Assembly (NCBI GenBank): GCA_965644315.1
Contig: CBFFRQ010000068.1
Coordinates: 1,302,001 to 1,366,000 of the forward strand
DNA length: 64,000 bases
Direction of reading: 5' to 3'
Origin: Caecitellus pseudoparvulus
Lineage: Eukaryota; Protista; Bigyra: Bicosoecida
Shown here: one piece after another, positions 24,101 to 33,800 of the stretch
How the letters are laid out: every line of letters begins with the position of its first letter
How positions within the stretch are numbered: the stretch's first letter is position 1
The notes under the pieces: generated by a model
Seen by the model: only the letters and a program-made list of their open reading frames with translations
Told to the model about the DNA's origin: nothing
The model's database searches: none
Made by a program: the position numbers and the translations under genes

Positions 24101-26880
24101 ATGGACATGGAGCGGAGAGTGGTGTACTCACGATCACCTGTGTACCAGGGGTCTTCACCAAGTGGCCCTTCCCAGCCGTCAAGCATGCAAATGGTGACTT
24201 GCACCTCTGACCCGTCACGGATCGGGGGTGGTGGAATTGCATGCGAACCGGGCGCTCCAGTGCGAACATTCAACTGTTCTTGGGAAGCAAGCACTTGTTC
24301 CAGGGAACTCACTCGCTTGGCTTGCTCCGCAAGTCGCGCATACGCGGAGGAGAGGGAGTGTGCTGAGACGGCGCCTTGCTGAGAAGCCACATGCGCATGC
24401 AATGTGTCCAATCGCGCACGTTCTTCTTGGAGCTCCTCCGCAAGTGGTGTGATTGGTGGAGGCATGGAGGGGTGGTGCACAGCGCTGAGGAGGCCATGTG
24501 GCCCGCTAGCTGCTGGTTGGCCTTGCCGAGCGACTCTGCCAAGCTGCGAAAACACTCTCACCATGGGTGCACTTCCATACCTTCCAAAGGACGCGATGAA
24601 ATCTGCGAAGTCGGCAAATTGCACACCTTGAAATGAACCAGCATCTGACCGCTCCTCAGCTGGCCTTCGTGCCGGGGTGACCAAGCCAAGAGCTACATCC
24701 GCGCCAGCATTGCTGGAAGTGGCCGCTGCCTGGGGTACACCTGCACATGCCAGGCCTCTGACCGTCAGAAGCAGATCAACTTCTGACTGGATCGTATCAG
24801 GTGGGTAGCCAAGACGGTGCATAGCTGTCAACAACCCTGCCGAGTCCAGCACACAAAGCCGCGTGTGAGCTGCGTACTGGTCCACAGGCTCCGACTGGTG
24901 CAGGCCACGCTGCCTTGCAGTGGAAACAAAAACGTGGTATACCCGAAGCAACTGCTGTCCATGGAGCAGCGACAGTGTGTCGGGGTGCAAAATCGTTGCC
25001 AGGCGGAGCATGAGCGCACGGTGAGCAGGCAGCAGGGCAACCTCTAAGGCTTGCGAACGCTGCACGAGCCAAGCCCCAAGGACGCTGGAGGGGGGCGGGC
25101 AGTCTGCTGAGAAAGCGGCCGTGTCATCCCAGCCTCCTGATGGTGCTGTGGCAAATAAAGCCTGCAGGGGTGCAGGCAAAATCTCAGACGGCGATACCGG
25201 GCCGCGTATGTGTGTAGAACCAGGTTCCTTTGGGCCGCCTGCTGGTTGTTTTCCCTCGGACTCGGCCGTTGACGAAGGAAAGGCAATGCCACGGTTGGGG
25301 CTCGTTGTTCTGCAAAGGGGAGCATCCACCGCAACCACAACATCTCGGCCTTGCGGCGCAAGCTCGCATGCTTCAGACCCTGCTTCTGAACCGCTGTCGC
25401 CTAAAGGTTGTGCCGTCTCACTGCTTTGGCTGCTTGCTTGGCCTTCCGGAGGGTTCTCAGGGGAGGGATCAAGCTTCGCCTTTCTCCATAAAGCTCGCTT
25501 TTCTGGCGCTGCCCCTGTTGCACGCTGCTCCTCGGCAGCTTGGCGCAGAGCTTGGCGCCGGAGTTTGGCTCGCTCGAACTCTGGCAAGCCTTCACGTGAG
25601 TCCACAGGAAGCTTGGCTGAGGCTCCAGCAGAAGGTTCGCCACCGGCATTTGATCCAGACTCGGTGGACGGCTGTGTGCCTGGGCCCGCAAGTTGACCAC
25701 TCAGTAGTTCGCTGGCGCTTGTAGGTGTGGACGAGTCACAACCGCCAGCTTGCACTTCGAGGCCTGTTGATGATGCAGACTGCTGCTTCTGAAGCAGGGA
25801 GCTTAGCAAATCTCCCAGCGAGATAGGGTGCGCATCCGGGTCTTTCCCTTGCTTTTGCAGCCAGGCTTGAGCAATGCTGGCATGGCGGCGAGAAGAGTCG
25901 GAAGACAGACCAGCAGCGTAGAGCAGGTGTTTAATATTCGCACCAGCCAGTCCAGTCGCATGAGGTGGCACCATTCGGGGCCATTGGGCTGACAAAGCTT
26001 CCTCTACTTGTGCTTTATCGGCAGCCGAAAGGACACTCCAATCCTGAGCGCTCACTGCTGTGGGGGGGAGCTCACCCCCGTCAGCGGTGCGTTTCAGCGC
26101 TGCAATGCCTTGCAAAATTGCAGTCCGGTGCACAGGGTTCGCAATTCCTAGGACCCCTTGCAAGTCAGCCTCGGTCAAGTACAACAACATCTGCCCGTCG
26201 ATTGCCATTGACCTGAATGTGTCTTGGAGTGCTGGCAAGTGCACAACCTCTCGCAACCATGTGAGCACGTGGCGATTCAACCAAGAGCGCACACTGGCTC
26301 CACGTCGAACCTCAGCATCACCAATCCCATCGCCTGGCCCTTGGACGGCCTCGGTTACTGCTGCGTCAGGAGCGGTCGCAACTGTCGCATGGGCCGAAGT
26401 GCTAGGCAGGAGCTCCGATGTGTGTCTGCGCAAGAAGGTTCCATCAGGCCGAACTAAGAATACCTCCATCGGGCCATGTTGGTGCAAGAGTGTCCGGCAG
26501 CTGGGTGATGGAAGCACAAACGTTCGGGTATCGGAGCATGCGATGACGGCGGCTTCAAACGAAGTGTCTCCCACTGCAGCAGCTTGGGCGACGGCAGTTG
26601 CCACAGCAGCGCAGTCTGGAGCATTGCTTATGCCTGAACTTTCTGAAAGGAGTGGCATGCCTGCTGCTGCCGCGGAGGAAGATACAAAGACTCCTCCTGA
26701 AACAGCAACCAACACCACACCAAAGTGCTGTGATACAGCAGGAGTGCCGGGCCTCTGCAGAGCAGTGCGCTGGGCTTCGCGCTGGCCAAGTGCAAGTGCT
26801 TGAAGTGCCTTTTCAATGAGAGTTTCGAGTCGCTGTCCGGAGTGTGGGAGCGGGGTCCCGATGCCAAGTTGCAGAGCCAT
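12134..26880 (-). CDS. Giant SAM plus multi-Tudor protein (about 49 Tudor-like domains); four apparent frameshifts in poly-C runs
   Basis: ORFs 21565..27087, 19908..21683, 19436..20026, 18886..19554 and 12134..18949 form one repeated frame broken only at homopolymers. SAM domain: VRSWLNRHVLTWLREVVHLPALQDTFRSMAIDGQMLLYLTEADL..LGIANPVHRTAIL. Tudor unit: FAVGDRVEALYKGRGTRWFPGKVTRV..YDIDYDDGDRE. Likely ATG is 26880 (MALQLG). Confidence 0.88.
12165..22977 (-). repeat. Coding tandem array: 46 copies of a 237-bp (79-codon) unit
   Basis: Equivalent positions recur at 12216, 12453, ... 22862 (46 counted). Spacing is 237 bp except one 225 (in-frame linker deletion), one 236 and three 235. Confidence 0.98.
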
Positions 26881-27266
26881 TGTGGTGTCCGTGCGGAAAA
26901 TGAAACAACGGTTGGACGTTGGCAGAGCAACGCGGCAAGCAGCGGGAACCACAGAGCACGAACAACTTGAAGCAGGGGCGCAAGCACTCCTCAACTTACA
27001 GCGCCTCTTCTGTCCATTCGGCGTCTTTTTCATTGTGTCAGGTGGTGCTCCTGCGCCGCACGTTTGTTGGCGTGGATGTGTCTGCAATACAAGGCAACCT
27101 CAGCACGACCACGCGCCCGCTGCCAAAACCTTCTTCATAAAATGCAGCACACATCTCCATCGCATGATATCCTGCCACCCCACCTCCCCCGTTGAAACCT
27201 TAGCAGCAGAACAGCTCCAGGGCAGTGTGTCTACGGCCGCAGTGTGTGCCCCGCTCAACCCCGACC

Positions 27267-28464
27267 ATGGCAGCGGCAAGTGAAACGGAGCTAGGCTGCC
27301 CACAACTTTCGACGTTATGGGACGATGAATTGTGGCATGACGTAGAGCCAATCGAACAGAATGATGGAGCGTGTCCGATCGTCCCAATCGCGTACTCCGA
27401 CAACTGTGAGGTGAAACGCGAAACGACGCCCGAGCGCACACCACCTAGCACGAATCGGTGCTTTTCAGACACGAGAGCTTTGGGTCTTTTTCGGGCAATT
27501 TGTGCAAAGCAAGAGTTGTCTGAGAGGGCACTGGACCTCACCTTCTTGGTGGCGAAGCAAAACATGGGCCACTACACTGCATGGTGGGTGAATGGATCGG
27601 CCTGATAGTGCTCGTGCGGCTTGGCACTACTTGCGCGCCCGCCGTAGGTACTATCGGAGACTGTGCTTGAAGCAGTTGAAGAAATCTGTTGAAGCAGAGT
27701 TAGCGACAGTCGCCCAAATGGCTGGGCCTAACCCGAAAAACTACCAGGTGTGGTATCATCGGCGAGCCCTGGCGGAGGAGGGTCAGGACGCAGCTGTGTC
27801 CATGAAGAAGGAGTTGGAGTATGTGGCCGCTGTACTGCGTGAAGACGGGAAGAACTATCACGCGTGGAGTCACCGCCAGTGGGCTGTTCAAGTATGCGAG
27901 GACTGGGACAAGGAGCTTGCTTTTGTGGAAGAGCACATTGGGAAAGATGTCCGGAACAACTCTGCCTGGAACCACCGATGGTTCGTCCTCACACAAGCAG
28001 GAAAAGTGGATCCTTCCATGACCCTCGTGCTTCGTGAGCTGAGCTTTGTGGCAACGAGTACTTCAGGGCCTGTGCAGCAAAACGAGGCCGCTTGGAACTA
28101 CCTTGGCGGCCTGCTTCGTCGTGCCGCGAAGATGCTGTGCTGCGATGCGCACATCTCCAGCGAGCTGGCTGAGTCGGTTGACAAGGCAGCGACGGATGCA
28201 GTCAACAAGGCATCGGTACTCACAAGCAGCAGTTGCAGCACGAAGACGAAGTCGACGAATGCTCACTGTGTCCTTGCTGCTTCACTGCACTGCATCCGCT
28301 TTAGGATCCAAGTGAAGCTTGGCGGGCAACAGGCCCTGTCAAAGCACTTGGTTGACTGGGAAAGCGCTTGCACAGAGCTTGCACAGTTAGATCCTGTGAG
28401 GAGCAAGTACTGGCAGTGGATGTCCTCTGTTCCCCCGTCCAGCATTCTTGCCTCCGCTGCTTGA
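27267..28464 (+). CDS. FNTA: Protein farnesyltransferase/geranylgeranyltransferase type-1 subunit alpha, 3 exons
   Basis: WHDVEPIEQNDG..PIVPIAY, ELSERALDLT, HYTAWYYRR and PFTA repeats NPKNYQVWYHRR, KNYHAWSHRQW, DVRNNSAWNHR, NEAAWNYL, ending LDPVRSKYW. First intron is 27406-27468. Confidence 0.95.
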
Positions 28465-28565
28465 AATGTAGCCTTGCGTTTCTCCGTGCTCCCCATGACC
28501 TACCTCCCCACACACGCATCGTCTGACGAAGGTTGCTTTCCTTCCGAGAGGACATCACGAAGGAC

Positions 28566-28570
28566 AAAAA
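28566..28570 (-). terminator. RNA polymerase III oligo-T terminator of tRNA-Ala
   Basis: TTTTT five nucleotides downstream of the tRNA discriminator base. Confidence 0.75.
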
Positions 28571-28575
28571 GAGGA

Positions 28576-28647
28576 TGGACATGCGGGGAATCGAACCCCG
28601 GACCTCATCAATGCAAATGATGCGTGCTACCACTGTACCACACGCCC
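28576..28647 (-). tRNA. tRNA-Ala (anticodon UGC)
   Basis: GGGCGTGTGGTACAGTGGTAGCACGCATCATTTGCATTGATGAGGTCCGGGGTTCGATTCCCCGCATGTCCA folds as a cloverleaf with TGC anticodon, G3:U70 Ala identity pair and TTCGA T-loop. Confidence 0.96.
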
Positions 28648-29013
28648 TCGTCCACCTGTTTGGAGAAATTTTGCATTGTTAGTTTCAGTAATCATCAACG
28701 GTATACCATACTGCCCTCCAAAGAGGCACGGAACAGCTAAAGTTACAGGAGTGGGGACAGGAACTAAAAGGACGAGCATGCCCTTCCGCCATATCAGTTT
28801 GTGAACCCATTCCTCAGCAAAGTAGTCGTGTAACTACTTTCTAGGCGCGTCCGATGCTATAAGCTCAGCTCTCAATTCCAGCGTGCGATGCTTACGCACT
28901 CATCCCCCAACTTATCCGCAGAACCAGATGAAAGTCACAATTACTAGGTGGAACTAATCAAAATCAACTGGCTGGATGTCCCACAACAACCTGTAGGTGG
29001 CTTGAGACTTGTC

Positions 29014-30426
29014 ATGGCAGACAGAGTGATCAGCACGGTGGGGACAGCTCAGGCTTGTGGAAACGCATGCGAAACGCGACCGTTGTCTGGTGTGCCTGGG
29101 AGGAAAGCTGAGGCTCTCTTCGACGATGGACAACGTTACGCAGTGCGGATTCATTCCGAAAGAGTAGGGTGGGGTCGGATTCAAGAACTCTTTGAGCAGG
29201 CTGGTCTCGACACGGCGCTTCCTGGCCTTGCCGCCAGGGCTGGGGAGAAAGGAGCATCTGCTTCCACCTGGGCGTCCGTTACGTACGAAGGGTGGGAGAA
29301 CACGGAGTGGATTCCGGAGCAGTGGATTACACCCGGAGCCTACGTATGCTTGGAGTCCTGGTCACAGCTTTGGGCGCCACGACTTCACGCATGGAGGGCG
29401 AGGCACTTCAGATCTGCACCTGCCCAGACAGTGAAAGATAGGGATAAGGCCGGAGAGCCCCAGCTGAAGGATCCGCAGGACTTGCCTGTGAAGGTCGCAA
29501 GCCAACCACTGAAAGAGGCGCCGGAAGGAGTTCCGTTGAAGTATTGGGCCAGGCGCCGTGCGCTGTGGTCCCGCTGGCATGCTGGCATCCGCATGGACAG
29601 GGAATCGTGGTTCAGCGTGACGCCCGAAGCAGCGGCACTCAGAACAGCAAGAATGCTTGGTCGCCTTTCAGCGGGAGCGAAAGTCACCCCTACGTCGCCA
29701 TGCATTCACGGGTTTTCAGTCCTGGACCCATTTTGCGGCTGTGGTGGGAACGCTGTCCAGCTGGCGCTGCAGTGCAGCGCATTAGACGGATCGGGGGGGG
29801 TGGTTGTCGCAGGGGATACTTGTTTGGAGCGTCTGGAGCATGCGCAACACAATGCCTCGCTGTACGGTGTCTCGGCTACTTTTGTGGGAGAGCCCCCAAG
29901 TGCCGAGGTATCCGCTCCGTGCTCAGACGCTCGGCTGCTCCTCGTGCACTGCAATGCTGTCGATTTGCTGCTGGACGGGGCAGCTAAAGTGCTCTCTCTG
30001 CTCCAGGCTACCCTCTCTTCATCCTCCACTGAAGCAGCACCTCCTCTGGGTGCGGTTTTGCTTGCGCCTCCATGGGGAGGAGTGGCATATGCTGCAGGGG
30101 GCCCTTTCTCTCTGCGTAGTATTGCTGTGTCCTGCCGTGGTACGGTTCTCGATGGAGCAGCATTGGTTTGGCTTGCTGCAGCAGCCGCACCGCGGGTGGT
30201 CCTCTTCTTGCCCAGGCACGTTGACGCTGGCGTCGTAGAGAAGGAGCTGCAGGAAGCTGCACCAGAGGATGCAAGGTGGGGTGCTGCTCGTCGCACGGGG
30301 ACCGCAAAGCCCTCGTACCTGGCAAACGAGCCACTGATTAAGTGGGACTCCCTTAAGAGCAAGGGCCGATGCATTGGGCGACTACTTTGCCTAGACTGGG
30401 AAGGCCGCCCTTTCTCCCGTGAGTGA
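29014..30426 (+). CDS. TGS1: Trimethylguanosine synthase with an N-terminal Tudor-like segment
   Basis: KYWARRRALWSRWHAGIRMDRESWFSVTPE, SAM-binding VLDPFCGCGGNAVQLA and catalytic LAPPWGG (canonical SPPWGG). First ATG in the ORF is at 29014. Confidence 0.92.
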   Translation: MADRVISTVGTAQACGNACETRPLSGVPGRKAEALFDDGQRYAVRIHSERVGWGRIQELFEQAGLDTALPGLAARAGEKGASASTWASVTYEGWENTEWIPEQWITPGAYVCLESWSQLWAPRLHAWRARHFRSAPAQTVKDRDKAGEPQLKDPQDLPVKVASQPLKEAPEGVPLKYWARRRALWSRWHAGIRMDRESWFSVTPEAAALRTARMLGRLSAGAKVTPTSPCIHGFSVLDPFCGCGGNAVQLALQCSALDGSGGVVVAGDTCLERLEHAQHNASLYGVSATFVGEPPSAEVSAPCSDARLLLVHCNAVDLLLDGAAKVLSLLQATLSSSSTEAAPPLGAVLLAPPWGGVAYAAGGPFSLRSIAVSCRGTVLDGAALVWLAAAAAPRVVLFLPRHVDAGVVEKELQEAAPEDARWGAARRTGTAKPSYLANEPLIKWDSLKSKGRCIGRLLCLDWEGRPFSRE

Positions 30427-30808
30427 GGTTGCTCAGACCCCAGCCCAGTGTGCTCTTGGCCCGGCGCTCAATGCAGCGTGGAAAGCATATCATTTCCTCC
30501 AACCTGCTAGATAACTGTGAACGTCCAGTGCGCACGGCTTGCCTCGTTGCTCGTCGTGACGGCCAGGAGTTGCTGACTTGCACAGTCGGCAGGGCGTTTC
30601 TGCATCAGTTTCCGCACGCCTGCGGTTGGCTGTGCTGTTGCATGCCCAGGACAAGCTCTCACAGCAGGGGCCAACACCCTACCAGAGGCACAGTACGCTC
30701 TATCCGTCTCCTCCCTAGATCCGGCGGCCAGACTCCCTGCTTTGGCAAGAACGCGATCTAGACCTGGCAAGGTTGCTGGTGCATGGTGATAGCAAGCAAA
30801 ACGCAAGC

Positions 30809-33800
30809 ATGGCTGAGGGCGTGTCCTTGCGAGACGAGATTTGGGCAGCACGACGTGCACAGCGCTTGCAAGGAGTATCTTCGGTTGAAGCCACCGCCCC
30901 ACCTACTGCCGGGCGTGTGCCTTCGGAACCGCCCTCAATGGTGGCTGCAAGGGCACTGTACGCGGCCGACCTTCAGGCACAAGCGGAGGACCGCGCCATG
31001 CGTGAGAAAGCAGCACGGGCAGCTTCCCGAGCCGAGGCAGCCGCGTCAACAGGCCTCCCGCTTGGCACCCACGCTGATTATGATCGCCAGCGCATGGCTG
31101 CACGGGCTGCCGCTGCCGACGCCGCGCTGATCGCCGCGACTTCTCCAAGGCACAGTTCCAACGCACCGAAAGGGTTTTCAAGCCCAGAGGACCAACGGAA
31201 AAGGGAAGATCAGAGCGAATTGCCAGGTGGAGGTGGCTTGAGGCTGGGTTCCAGATCAGATTACGATCGACGCAGAATGGCCGCTGCCCAGGCAAGACAG
31301 CACGCCGTGCTCCCAGCCACTGGGGGGCAGAGAGCCCCAGCCAACCAGAAGCGCAGCGACGAGCACCCCCCCTCCAGCCCTACGGAGCTTCCTGGAGGCG
31401 GAGGTCTGCAAATCGGTGGCCTGAGAGACTACGACCGGCAGCGCATGGAAGCTGCTCAGCGCAAGGCAGACGCAAGTGTTGGGCTCACACGTCCGAGCCA
31501 CAGCGGCAAAGCAGGCGAACTCTCGTCACATCCTGCCGCAACAGGCGCACAAACTAGCAGCCAAGACTCGCCAGAGCAATCGTCGGGCAGTGTGGTGCTG
31601 CAGCCCACAGCAGACATCGCTGACCACCAAAGCCAAGCCGCGGCAAAGGCTGAAGCAGCAGCTCGAGCATTTCAAGTGCGGCAAGCTGAGCAGCAGCGGC
31701 AGCAGGCTGCTGAAGACGCAGAGAGAGCGGCAGCTATGCAAAGCAAGGCTGCATATGCGGCTGCTCTGCGGTCCCAGATGGAGTCGGCAGCCCGCCGAAA
31801 GCGTGCAAAGCGAACCGAGGCTGGGAATCGCCACGCACCGCCCCCTCCCCGACAAGTGCCACAAATCAGTGCAGCAGCAGCACTAGAACATGGAAGACCA
31901 CTTGCATTTGACGCCCACACTGTTGATGCTCGGCAAATAGATGAAGAGGTCGAGGAGTTGCCTGGGGGTGGAGGGCTTGTATTCGGGGCTGCCTCCGACT
32001 ACGACCGCCAACGCATGCAAGCACGACAGCTGGCAGCAGCTGAACTGCAAGCGCGAGCCGCTGCCGGGATTGCAAAGCACGACACATCTACCGGAGACAC
32101 ACCTGGAGGCGGTGGTTGGTTGGACCCGCATCGATTTCCGGTGCCAGTGCGTGCGCAGGGCAGCCATGTGCCAGTCTTGTCGCCAGGTGAGGACTTTCAC
32201 CAGCAACAGGCTCCTGCAGGGTCCCAGACAGAAGGAGGCAAGTTTCCTGGCGAAGCGTCCAAAGCCACCCCGCCGTACCTTCAGCATCGCGGGAGGCCAG
32301 ACCCGACACGTCCTCCACAGCAAACTGGCTGGGTCCCGGACTCCCACCGAGGTGGCCCCACAGGGGCTTCGCTGAGGAACATGTTTGGGGGGACACCCGA
32401 TGAGGCTGCGACTCGGGGCCAGCTTGATGCTCAGCAGAGGTACCGCCTTGAGCTAGAAGCTCAAATGGCCGAGGGAGCGGCACGGAAAGCCGCACAAGCT
32501 GCCACAGCTCAAGAAGAGGAGGATCGCATCATGGCAGCCATCAAGGCAGACATTCGTGCTGGGAAAGGTGCATTACCCTTCAGCACCCCATCAGAGCACC
32601 ACCACGGTGTGCCGGGCCCTGGGCATACACGTGAAGCAGCAGCCATGGCCAGCGCAGGGGCAGGCGTTTTGGCATCTGGCATCACACAAGCCCCACAAGC
32701 CATGCACGGCAACGTGGCTGAGGATGTTGGACCGCTTCGCGCTGGTTTGACCCCCGCACAGCTCCTTGCCAAGAAGCAGGCCGCAGATGAGCAGGCTCGA
32801 GCGCTCGAGGCGCAGATTGCTGAGCGAGCAGCCGCTAAGGCGGCCGCACTTGCTGCAGAGCGAGCCGCAGATGCAGCCGAAGAGGCAAGAATAAAGAGGG
32901 AGCAAGAAGAGCTTGGCGCAAGGCACGAAGCGGAGCTTGAAGCTGAGCGCAAGAAGGCTGCGTTGAAGAAAGCAGAAGCTGAAGCCGAAGAGAACGCGCG
33001 TAGGGCTGCAGAGAAGAAGCGCCAGCGAGCGCTTGAGGCTGCCAGGAAAGCAGCAGAAGACGCTGCTGCTGACGCCAAGGCCGAGCGGGAGCGGAAGGAA
33101 ATGGCTGAGCAGTATGCTGCAGAAAAACAGCGGGACAATCGAGCGTTGCCAGCTCCCGCCTCAAGCAAAATGCGGCAGGAAGGAGTGCCTTCGACAGGAG
33201 CCAGCCCACAGCCTGTGGGGGCAGCCGGGCGTTCGCACTTGTTTGGACGACAGAGTCCAGCACAGCCTTCAGCAGATGTAGACACGGCACCTCCGGCGGC
33301 TCAGCAAGGAGGTTCTATCCCGCAAGCGCTTCCAGCACCTGGACAAACTGTACAGCATCAAGAGCGCTTCCAGGCCCCAGCGGCTCAGGGGACTGCTGCG
33401 CCCGGTTTTCACGGCCCCACTGGTGGGGTAGCAGTCGCTCACACAGCCCAAGCGCACGGTGACCCACCCCGCAGCAAAGACCAGGCAACGCAGCCGTACG
33501 ACCAGGCTGCCACTCAGTCATTTGGTGCTGGTCTACAGCACTCACACGTTGTCCGGGGCTACTCTGGGCCAACTCACATGACTGGCCTTGCGCAGTCTGT
33601 CGCCCCTCAGCTTCGACAATCTACAAGCGGTCTTGACTTTGCCCAAGTCGGCACGCTAGCTGACACCATCCCAGCACCCAATGCGCCACAAGCATGGGCA
33701 GATGTCACGCTCGACAGCAGTAGTCACCTGCTACCATTCTCGTCAGTGAGCCCGAGAACATCTACGACCCACGGACTGCCGTGGCAAGAGCTCCCCCAAG

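Noticed and set aside
26881-27087. Upstream in-frame extension of the giant ORF (listed start 27087)
   Set aside because: Begins at a non-ATG codon, is Cys-rich and not protein-like, and falls in the divergent promoter space shared with FNTA. ATG 26880 is preferred, though an in-frame ATG near 27033 cannot be excluded.
32509-33285. 258-aa minus-strand ORF and similar antisense ORFs over GC-rich genes
   Set aside because: Ser/Ala-rich mirror translations of the real coiled-coil CDS on the opposite strand.
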